Source: Chrysomallon squamiferum (taxonomy: Eukaryota > Animalia > Mollusca). From it: 64,000 nucleotides of DNA. The stretch is from NCBI GenBank assembly GCA_012295275.1, contig CM022669.1:4650001-4714000 (forward strand), in the 5' to 3' direction. Below, piece after piece: positions 43,698-55,900 of the stretch (the first letter of the stretch is position 1; each line of letters opens with the position of its first letter). A program made the translations under genes and the position numbers. The notes beneath the pieces were generated by a model, which did no database searches, was not told the origin of the DNA, and was given only the letters and a program-made list of their open reading frames with translations.

Positions 43698-46600
43698 TTT
43701 CTATAGTTTGATGTTTTTAAAATCAGAATAATTTTTGTTCATATGAAATTGATTAAAAATTGTTGTATTTGAATTTTTTTTCTTTTTTGTTATTATTTTC
43801 TTTATTTTCTTTTCTTTTATTTTCTTTTATTATTTCTTTCTTATTTACTTATTTAGTTTAAACATTCATTGTTTTAATTTTTTATTTTATTTTATTTTAT
43901 TTTATTTTATTTTTATTTTTTTTTTATTGTTTCATTTTTTTTTTTTTTTTTTAATTTAAATAATTAATTAATTTATTATAATATTTGTTTAATATTTATT
44001 TATTTGTTTGAAATCAGTATATTTCAAGTTTAATAATTCCATCTTATTTTGTTTCAGCAGCCAACTGTTGAGGAACTGAAGGATGGGCAGCCATACAATC
44101 CATACACTGAAATCCTAGTTCTACAAGAACACACAGACATCGTACGACTTCTGCTGAAAGTTGATCAACACAGGTATTGTTTTATATCAACTGTAGTAAA
44201 ATTTTAATTTTAATATGGTTTTGTTATTTGTTATTTACTTATTTGTTGTTATGAACAATTACAAACACAGAATAAAAGGAAATACAGAGACCACTTTTTC
44301 TGATAATATTTTGTTTATAATTTAATATGTATCATCTTGGTATGCTGAAATGGTGATAACATAAGAATCCCAAGCCTCTCCCTTTTATAGCAATGCAATA
44401 CAACCATAGTGATAAACAATTTGCACATTGTTCTAGGATTTATCCCTGTTTCATTGAATTTTCTACACCTATCAGTTCCCACCCTTGTAACCAGTATGTT
44501 ACATGTTCTACAGACCTGGTTATGGATGAGGCAGAGTGTAAAAATAGAGAATAAAAAATGAAAAAAATGTAACAGATTTCTCCTGAAGAAGCTCAACATA
44601 AAATTTTTTACTATAAATCAAAGAGAAATGTTTAAGAAAAATGATGATTTTAAAATGAAATGACTGTTGTTAAAATTACAGGTGTGTTTCAGCTGGGGAT
44701 GACTGTAAAGCTGTTGTCTGGGATATACATGTATGTAGAAACTTAACTTTATTAGTTACTTATTTCCAGTCTAAAAACAGAATATTTTCATTCAAGTTCC
44801 AGCAGTTACGATTAAAAGTTCTTCTCAAGTTAGAATTATCCTGTGATTTAATATTTTTTAAAACCTACAATAGATTACCTTTTCAAAAATAAATGATTAA
44901 ATAGAATGTCATTAAAATAAGTATTAAAAAAACACTGCACCTCAAATTAATTACATAAAAAATAAATACCATAATACTGAATTTTAAAACATTCAGAATT
45001 TTAATAATCAGTGCAGTTAAAAAGAGTGGGTTTTTATTATTTTTATTTTTCAGGTTGGCCAACGATTGGCTGTTCTTACAGGTCACTCTCATCCAATCAC
45101 ATGTATGCTTTTACTTGAGCCTCAGACTAAACCTGTTGCTGATTGGTTGCTGGTAACTGGATCTTCTGATAAACAAATCAGGGTTTGTGTGCTTTCCAAT
45201 TACTTGGAAATTCTTTAAAATTAGAATTTTTTTAAAATTTTAATATAAGACAATTATAAATTGTTTATTTCTGATTTATTTTATTAACAGAGATTAATTT
45301 ATTCCATTTATTTAGCGACACCATAATTTAACAATTAATTTAACAGGTCAGCACAATGATTTTTTGTTGTTGTTGTAAATAGTGATTATTTATTGTTTAG
45401 TATCTATTATGTTTCTTTGTAAGGTAAATACTTAATGGTGGCCATAAAAAGGTAAATATATTTTTACTTTTTCTTTATTATTATTTTATTTTATTATTTT
45501 TCAGATTTGGGACATTTCTACTGGTCAGTGCCATAAGATAATTTCTGATCATGCAAGTTCAGTTAGGGTAGGATAATAAATATTGACACCTTACAAATTA
45601 ATGTTAATATAAGTTCTCTGTGTATAGCATTTAGCAAGAATATGTTACGTTTTACACAGACATATACACAAACATGCACACATCTACAGTCATCTCTGTT
45701 GTCAACATAATTATTATTGTTGTAACATTATTTATTTAGGTTCTCCACAAATAATCCCTGATTGCTGCACTGACTGACACTTCAAAATTAAATGTACCAA
45801 AAACAAAAAGTCAAAATGAATTAAAAAATATCTTAAACACTTTTTTCTTAATCACAGTGGGTAGACTTGCAGATTCTTCCAAGAAATCAGTGTGTTTAAA
45901 ATATTTATGTGATTTTTTGAAACTTTATATCTAGTGCTTAGTCTCACTGTCAGAGAATGCTAAACTCTTTTGCTCTGGAGGAGAAAATCTTTCTTTGTGG
46001 ACTCACGAAGGACAACTCTTACATATGTTTCGAAGAAGTGATAAAGAAGAAGGTAAATATTTATATTAGTTTTTTCTCTCAGTGATATAACTGAGTAATA
46101 CTGTAAGCTAAATTATAATTAATGGACAGGCAGCCATTAAATGTCTCATGTCTCACTCAGTAACAAATTCATAGTATGAGACAACTGACTTCTTATTACA
46201 GGCATACTGCCACTGCCACATTTCTTTACAAATAACACTAAAATGTTATCTGACATAATGAGTATTAAGACAGCCATGCAGCCTCTGTGAAAATAACCAG
46301 ATAATAATTCCATTTTTATAATTAAATTTAGTTTAGTTTAATTGGCTGTTATCATCACATTTAAACTGAATTATCTATTTAGTTTAATGTTCATAACAGA
46401 AGAAATAGTTTAATTTTAAATTATAATAATAATAATAAATTATTTATTTTTTCTTCTTCTTTTTTTCAGATATTTCTTTTATGATTGTCATCCAAAACAA
46501 CAGAGTTGTTACAGCAGCAGACAAAATTATTGGTGTGTAACTCACTGATTCTACTTATTTTTTTGTTATTACTACTACTACAACTATCACAACTTCTTCT

Positions 46601-49600
46601 ACTACTTTTATAACTGCTACTGTTAATATTAGTACTACTACAACTCTTTTATAACTAATACTATTGTTCTTATTAGAACTACTACTATCACTACTATTCT
46701 ACTATCACATTTTTTTATTTTTTAATTTGATCACTGACTATAATTCTCATTTCAACTGTGTTCTCATTGACTCTATAATTCTCATTTCAGCTGTGTTCTC
46801 AGTGACTCTATATTTCTCATTTCAACTGTTTTCTCAGTGACTCTATAATTCTCATTTCATCTGTGTTCTCAGTGACTCTATAATTCTCATTTCACCTGTG
46901 TTCTCAGTTGACTATAATTCTCATTTCAGCTGTGTTCTCAATGACTCTATAATTCTCATTTCAGCTGTGTTCTCAGTGACTCTATAATTCTCATTTTAGC
47001 TGTGTTCTCAGTGACTCTATATTTCTCATTTCACCAGTGTTCTCAGTGACTCTATAATTCTCATTTCAGCTGTTCTCAGTGACTCTATAATTCTCATTTC
47101 AGCTGTGTTCTCAGTGACTATAATTCTCATTTCAGCTGTGTTCTCAGTGACTATAATTCTCATTTCAGCTGTGTTCTCAGTGACTATAATTCTCATTTCA
47201 GCTGTGTTCTCAGTGGCCTCACCATCCAGTGGAGGTGAATTTGGTGATAAAGAAATCCAGTTTGTGAAAAAACTTCCACCCCACAGGGAAGTCATTCACA
47301 GTCTTATAAACATCTCAGGTATCACCCTCATAACTTGTAACAGATATACTAAATACTCTTGATAATGATCAAATGTATGATTTATGTCTAGAGGTTTTTT
47401 TAATTGTGTGTTTTTTTGAAACTTCATGGCACAAAAGTGTTTTGACCATTTTAATAAGTGTATTTTTCAAATCATAATTTTATTAATGTAGTCAGACTTT
47501 ATCTCAGGACTTTAAAAATTAGTTTTTATTTCATCCAACTAGTTCTCACAAAAAAAATAAAATAATAATAAATTATTATTATAACACTATAAAATTATGA
47601 AATGTATGTTCCTTTAGAAAATATTAAAGAAAACATTTATGTTTCAAAATAAACAATTTTTTTTTTTTTAATTTCCTGAAACAGAAACAATTCAATCAAC
47701 CAAAAGTATTTAATGAAATAAAAAATCCCCACCAAAAACAAAACCCCCAGAAACATCTGGACTTAAAATTAAATATTAATTAATTAATATATATATATAT
47801 ATATATATCTGCAGATTCGTGCTTTGCAAGTGGATCTATAGATGGGACAATCATCCTGTGGACAACACAGGATCTGATTCCTGCAAAATACTTCAACACT
47901 GTCACAGAGTACATCGGTGATGCCAAACTCTACCCATACTCCATACAGAACATGTTCTGCGCTCAGGAAGTTAGTGCCATTTAATAACAATAAAATATTT
48001 TAAAAAATATATTTAATTTCAAATTCAGCATTGTTAATACCCTGCTTCCATTTGATCCAGCGATGCCTGTAAAATTAAATAGGCAGAAACAATGTATAAG
48101 AGTGTTTTACATCCAAAATTATTAGTCAAATTAATTTTCCTTTCTTTTATTTTTTTTTAATTATCTTTTTAAACTGAAGAATATAATTTTTTTTTTTTTT
48201 TTTCATAAAACACCATCCTAAGACAGTTTTAAAGCAGATATTAAATTTATCTAAAACTTTATGAAATTCTTAACATTAACATTATATATAAATTTTTTAC
48301 ATAAAAGTATAATTAAGACAAACAAATAAAAAAGGTAAACCATATTAACATTTGTATTAAATAAGATATATATAAGATACAAAAAGTAAATAAAATTTCT
48401 TATCCTCAAAATCTTTTATTCTTTTAGTTTAAACTATTATTTAAACATAAATATTAAATAGTTATATCCAGTGTTATGAAAAGAAATTTGTGGATGTTGA
48501 ATACATTTTCTAATTTCATGTTATAATTTTGAGGGAGTTAATCATGTTTATTAATTTATTATTATTGTTATTATTATTACTATTATTTAAATTATTCAGT
48601 TTTGTTTTGTGACAGTTTCTAGTTTTTTGGGGTTTTTTTTCAATATCATTTTTTTATACATACTAAACTTTATTTTTAGCAAAGATAAGCCTCCAACAAC
48701 AATTGTAACTTGACCTGAATTTATTTTAAACATTTTTTAAATTTTTTCTTTCAACTTTTTTCTAACAGTATTATAGATGAAAATAAAATGTTTAATTTTC
48801 TTTCAGAAATACTTGTTTGCTACAATTGGATCAGGTTTCTGTGTGTTTGATGTGTCAGAGGGTAAGGAACGGCTTCTCATCAAAAAGTTTGCAGCTCATT
48901 ATTCAAAGATATTACACATCGGCTTTGCATGTGATGGGTTAGTAATTGCATTTAAAAAAAAAAAAAAAACCTCAAAACCATTAGGGATATCTACTTATAC
49001 AAACATTTACTTTAAGTAGACATTAAAAAAAAAAAAATGATGCCTTATAAATATATTCAGCTATTACGAAATTATTTGTGACATTTAGATGAGTAGATGT
49101 AAGATTTAAGTGGTTTTATGATTGATAGTTTCATTGCATTGCATATAAACACAGGTATAGATAAACATAAGTGTCTATTTTGTGTTTAAATGCATTTTTG
49201 ATATGAATACATGAATATTACTGATTTAGAGTATTTCTCTGCCTTTCTTAGTAAGAAAAATACAAAACAATTGATATGTAATAGATTATATCTCTCTCTA
49301 TTTCTCTTTCTCTCTGTGTATCTCCCACCCTCCCTCTATTTGTCCATCTCTCTGTATCTCTCTCTCTCTCACACACATATAACAAAAAGTGTTATAATTT
49401 CATTCAGGACCTATCTGGTGACTTGTTCAGAAGATGGCGCTATTCGACTGTGGGGCAGAATACCAAGCAATGATGACTACAGTGAGTTTGACAAAGATAT
49501 CTGCACTTTGGGACCAATGGAACGATTTACAGGCCTACGGTATCTGACTTTAATTTATTTTGTTTTGTTTTGTTTTGTTGTTTTTCTTTGTTTTATTTTA

Positions 49601-50312
49601 TAACTGTATGTGTTTTAACCGGAATATATATTTAAAAATGATAATTAATTAAATTGTTTTGAATGAATTTATTTATTTATTTATTTATTTATTTATTTTA
49701 TTAATGTTATACTTTTATTTATTTATTTATTTATTTATTTTATTAATGTTATATTTTTATTTATTTATTTATTTCATTTTTTATTTTGTTATTCATGCAG
49801 TTTTTAAAAGTTCAGTATTTGTAATACTGAAAACAAATGCGTACCCTTAAATAAATAAATGTTAGATTTCTTTGTTTTGTTTCAGAGCAGATCAGTTGAA
49901 GCAGTGTTGCCATGGTACCAATCTGCTTGAACCAGTTCTTCTAGGGGAGTGTGTAGCTCACGCTGGGTCTGTGCAGGTAAAAACTGTTAATAACACACTA
50001 ATGAGGTCTGAGGATTTAATATATCATTTAAAAAAATAAAAGTAACTGTAGTTCCTTTTTTGAAAATGTATATATCCATGTATACATGTACAGATCAGTA
50101 TGTTGTCCATTTCATGTATACATATGAGAGTTTTGAGTTTTGTTTTATTTTGACAGATGTTCCTAGATTTTGATCATGAAGGTTTGGTGTCATGCAGTGG
50201 GGACAGACTTGTTATTGTTTGGAAGGTGAGTTTTAGACACTGTTACTGTTTTATTTGTACAAATTTTGATGTTTAATTCATCTTTGATTTAACTGAAAAG
50301 AAATACATGTTT

Positions 50313-50343
<31 letters not shown>

Positions 50344-50604
50344 CTGTTTTAAGTTATTGTTTATTTTATATTAAAAGGAACATACAACTAATATAATTTT
50401 GTATTTAATAAGATTAGTTTGGAAATAAAATAAATTGTTATTAACAATTTAGATGAACTTCCATAGAAATTTTTATTTTATTATTATTATTTTCCATTAT
50501 TATTAGTATTATTATTAAATAACTTTCAGAATGCAGAAATGCAAAAGATTCAAAGAAACCATAAAGTTCAAGAAATTCTGTTCTCCTTTGGAGGAATGGT
50601 TTGA
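43420..50604 (+). CDS. WDR41: WD repeat-containing protein 41 (456 aa, 14 coding exons)
   Basis: Exons 43420-43482, 44058-44173, 44682-44730, 45054-45182, 45505-45567, 45935-46052, 46470-46532, 47202-47318, 47815-47969, 48807-48937, 49408-49539, 49886-49976, 50157-50225, 50530-50604; phases consistent, no stop. Matches recalled human WDR41 motifs: NPYTEILVLQEHTDIVRLL, SAGDD, TCSEDGAIRLW, MFLDFDHEGLVSCSGDRLVIVWK. AATAAA at 50831. Confidence 0.92.
46735..47213 (+). repeat. 14-unit 33-35-bp minisatellite made of the WDR41 intron 7/exon 8 junction
   Basis: Consensus TGACT(CT)ATAATTCTCATTTCAG|CTGTGTTCTCAG; the last unit runs directly into exon 8. Confidence 0.95.
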
Positions 50605-52966
50605 CAACAACAGACGTTTTTTAAAAACAGAATATGAAGGACTACTTAAATTAAATAATTTTATTATATAGCAATGTAAATTATTGTTAAAATATTTTGT
50701 TTTAAAAAGTTTTTGGGATTATTTGTTATTTATTTTTACTTGTTTCAGTTTGTTATCAATTAGATGTAAAATTATCTGTATTAAGTATTTGTTGTATAGT
50801 TAAAATTTTTAAAGATATTTCTTTTGGGTAAATAAAATAAATATTATAGTTCATCTTAAAAAGTTATTCAAACCATTCTGCTTCTATTAACCCATTAAGT
50901 TTTAATGATTTCATCTTTGTAATTTTTTTTTTTCAACCATTTCTTAAATTCATCAAGTCATCTTTGTTATTTAATTACTAAAAACAGAGACATTAAATTA
51001 TTTAGTCATTAACATTATTGTTTTATCTGTTGCATCAGTTAATCAGTTCATTTGTTTAGAAAATCACTGATTCATTAATAATTTATCTCATTTCCAAAAG
51101 TAAATTCAGTCGTTTGATTCATCCGTTCATTCCTTAATTCTTATTAATGGTTTGTTCATATTCACCATTATTAACCATTCACTGCTGCTTTCTTGTTGTA
51201 ACTAATTGTGATTGGTTCATGTTTGCCTTTCATTCTCATCACTGATTGGTTCATTCTTTTCATTACCTACTGTTTGGTTTAACATCTTGCCAAATTAGTG
51301 TATTAACATTCCAGACACTAAAAATATTGGTATTATTTTTGCATGACATTAAAAACAATAATGTAATTAGGTATGTTGTCATTATCGTAGAAAAAAATAC
51401 TTTTTTCTCATTATGTTTTTGTTTTTTTGCAGTTAACTTTTACTATTCAGTATTTTCATTCACTTTTTTATCAGAATTAACTGTTATATTTTCTTACATT
51501 TAACTAGTCACATACATTATACACTACCCACAATGAAGTTCATTCTCATTTACAAAATTATTCAGTATGAAAAATGTTTATATTTTAATACAGTTATATT
51601 AATTAATGGTTTTAATAATTGATTATGAATAATTGTGAAAAATTAATGAATAAAATGAGAGAACATTAAAAAAGTTATTATTACAAATTTGTTATTTTTA
51701 TTATTTCTGTTTAAATAGCACACACACAGTTAAAATAAATTTATTTGCTCGGTTCAAAATTATTGGTAATTCAATGTGGTACTTAATGAAGTTTAATATC
51801 CCCAAAATTTAAATTATTTTTCAAAGAGAACTGTATAATTTGGTCAGTATGATCAACATATATTCATGAATATCAAATAGAAATGATCTTATCTGGGATG
51901 TTTGAAATTAGAAGAATTAAAAAAATTACACATTACAATGGTTGAAAAATCATGATTTTTTTTTCAATTTTTTTCATTAAAAAACATAACACAAGCTTTT
52001 AAAAATCAACAATTTTAATTTTCACTGCATTTCAATAATATAATATCTCATAATGAAAAGTATATCAAAATATCAAAATATATAATTATTCAATAACTTG
52101 TTTAATGAATTAGTTACATATTGAATTACAATAGGAATAATATACAATGTAAAAATATTTGTGTAATTAGGTTTATAATTTTATAAATACTGAAAATTAA
52201 AATTTCATTTGCCATCTCCACTTGATCATAGTAAAAATTAAAAAAAGTGATGATTAAAATTGTCTGACAGCATGACACACTCTGAAGTGGTCAGTCTTTC
52301 AAAAGTACAATTGCTTAGAATGTATGAAAGTAATGTTATGTTACTGTATATCACTTAAAGCAGTGGTTCTTAACCGTTTATTATTTTTTCATTATCCCAT
52401 TTCAAATAAAGTTAATTTAATAGGTTGAAGTACAAGTCAGTTATGTAGAATAGCTGTTAGTTTTTACACATTATAAATATACAGCTTTTAGTTGTGTGCT
52501 GTATTTTCACACTGTTGTAAATTGGGAACTAGGTTGAGAATCACTGATGTAAATGAAATTTAAATAATCAATTAAATGAATATAAAGTTAATATTAACCC
52601 ATTTGATCGAAAACTGCTTTTCAGTTTTAGAATTTGTTTCCAGAATAAAATAAGAAAACAAGTATTGGACAACATTTTGTGAAATAAATTTCTAGCTAGA
52701 AAAACACATACACAAACAAAAAAAAAATAATAAAAAAAACTAATTGTTTAGAAAACAAACATTGTAAAATAAGTAATTATTTGCATAATTATAAATAAAA
52801 ATCAATATAAAACTGTAAATAATGTTTAAATCACCAGTGATTTTTGAGTATATATATATTGTAAGTGGTTAAGGTTTATAAAACAAATTGTTAGAATTGT
52901 TATAAAATACTAATTATTTGCACCAAATGTAATGAAAATTTGAAATAATGAAAGTAAATAATGCTG

Positions 52967-55900
52967 TTAGTAATGGAATTCTTTAGGACAAAAGCCAGGT
53001 CCATCCACAGGTTCTGCAGGAATTCCTCTCCTGTAAAGAGTTACATACATTTGATTTTAAAATAAAATAAAAACAGTGTTAGATTTATTTTATTTAAGAA
53101 GTGTAGAAAATAAACTAACCTATCTGCATGTAAATCTCAATATTACAAAGAAGCAATAATTATGTAAATGCAAAATTTTCTAACTACAATTTCAATAATA
53201 TATATATATTTATATCTTCCTAGGTGAAAAATATATTACCCATTTTGAAGATGTTTATTATTATTATTATTATTCTTAATTTTAATGATTTTGCTGCTTC
53301 AGTGTTTTAGCTTTTTTCTGATGCTGTTATTTTTATTACTCTTACTGTTGCTGTTTTAAATAATAATAATAATTATTATTATGATTATTATTATTTTTAT
53401 TTTTTTTTTTTTTTTTGTCTTTTTACAATTATTAGCCTAATTTATAATAAAAAATAACAAAAATATTAAAATGGTTAATACAAAAAGGTGTTTAGAGTTA
53501 TCTGCTCCTACCTGACCATTCTGCACCTGTGTTCATGTAACCTAGGTGCGGCTTTGTCTGAATCATTTACAGACTCTGCACTCCATAATCTTTCTCCTAC
53601 AGCTGATGCCCTAGGCCTGTTTTTGTTTCAGAATAAAAAATGAATAAAAACAATATCACAGAATCTATATATATATAAAAAAAAAATAATAATAATATTC
53701 AGTGTGGTAGTGTTTTCAGATGTCAAACATGAGTTATTGTTTTAAGGATGCCCATTCTTCCTGATAATAAAGTAAACTGATTTACAGAGGTGGCTATTTT
53801 TATTTATTGTTGTTTTGTACCTTCATTTATGAACTAATATAATTTACATACATGATAAAACTAGAAATATGTAACTAATTATTTATTAATTCTGTTCACA
53901 TATAAAGTTGTTTAAAAAAAAAGAAAATAGACCTGCTTCATTCAAAAAATATTTACCAAAGTCGAGACAGCAGGTTTGTGCCATCAACGTACTCTCCCCA
54001 CATTGCTGTTTCACCACCTACAACTAGGTGTTTCTGTTCTGCAGAACCTTAAAACAGAATAAATAAATAAAAAATAAATAAATAAATAAATAAATGAATA
54101 AATAAATAAATGAATGAATGAATAAATCAACAAAAATAAATAAGCAAATAAACAAACAAATAAATAAATAAATAAGAAAAGAAAGAACTATGCATCAAAT
54201 AACAATCTCTGGATTACAACTATTAATTCTTCAGTTATAAATTATGACACATAATCAAAATTTTACATGAATATGCAATGGAACAAAGAGTATGCAAGAC
54301 TTTATACTGGATTCTTAATTAAAGTAACAACCTTCAGACTAAAACAAAAAAAATAAAAGTATTTAAATTTATTTTATTATTATTATTTTTAAAACCAATA
54401 TGGCTGAGATGCTGATGATGAATTTTGCAGACAAACCTGTAAAATTGGTTGGATCACAGTTGTAGTATTTAGGCCAGTCATTACCATAAGATATGTAGTT
54501 AAGGTACCAGCAAGAAGCCAGCAGAGTTTTGTAGCCAAGCTTTGTCACTTTAGCCATCTCTTTTTGCCAATAACCTTTCCACACCTCAACCACAGTGTCT
54601 GATTTAACCTGAACATGTATTTAAAAAATATATAATATAAAAAATAATTAACTTAAGTTGTTTTGAAATTGTTTATTTATTTATTTATTTATTAGTTAAC
54701 TATTCTCAATACTAACTTAAAAAAGCTGAAATTAATTTATTGCTAAAAGAATATATTTAAAAAATTGTATTATTGTTGTTGTTGTTGTTGTTGTTTAGGG
54801 TAAAAGTATTCTCTTTTCAAAACAAAGCACTTACAGTTGCTCCATTGTCAATAACTTCTTGCCATATTATATAGCCCTTGTTAAAACTGCTAACAATGTT
54901 AAGTAGGCTAAAAAATAAATAATAATTAATATTAATAATAATAATAGTAAAAAAAAACAGTAATAATAATACTTTTTTTGAAAGCATTAATGCAGATATA
55001 TATTTATGCATACCAGCAGATCATTATAATACCTAAGTTTGTTTTATTATTTACTGCACATCGTTAAACTTAAACATTTATATTAAGTTGATAAATTACC
55101 TAATGATGAAAAAAATCTTCAATCAAACAAGTACAATGTTTTTTTAGAATTTCTAATGCTGTAACTGGATTCCACCTTTATTTACAGTAAAAGTTTTTTT
55201 GTTTTTGAATTTATCCCCATTCTTTTTCATGTCCATTTTGAAATGTTTTCAGAAAGGATTCTGCAGTATTTGGACAAAATATATATAATTACTTTTGCAT
55301 GTAGTACTCCTCAAGCTTAACATAATTGGCCCAGTGTTTTTTGTCCATAAATTCTGATATACTAGGGTTGCTTCTCCTAGACACACATGGAAGAAAAAAA
55401 CATTATTATATTTGTTTTTAATATTTAATAAATTAATAGATAAATAAATAAATAAATAAATAAATATTTTATAAATTTAAAATGTTTAAAAATTACTCAT
55501 TTGAATAATACATTTTTAAAATAAAATAAATCAAATTATTAAAACTAAAACCACCAAAACAAAAAACACATTTTTAAAAAAAAAAAAAAAAAAACACAAC
55601 CAAATAAATAAATCATTTATATAAAGACAAATAATTAATATACATTATATTTCATTTTCTCCCTATATTACTGTAAAGGCTACAAATAACATTAATGTAA
55701 AATCACACAAGCTGACTCCAGTCTCCTCTGACAAATAACAGCTCAGATGGACATCTGGATGGACATCATTGGTTCTCTGCGAGAGTCTAAATTGCTTTTG
55801 GACTTAATCTTTGCCAAACATTCCAGCTACTATACTCATTTAACAATACTTATGGCTTTACATTCCTTTACAATGTTCATTTTTTAGTTTGTGATGTCCA

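Noticed and set aside
46735-47213. CRISPR-like appearance of the 33-35-bp repeats
   Set aside because: Units are contiguous with no unique spacers, there are no cas genes, and the context is a eukaryotic intron.
47026-47295. Antisense repetitive ORF (TENTAEMRIIV)n
   Set aside because: Reverse-strand reading of the minisatellite, with no independent gene signals.
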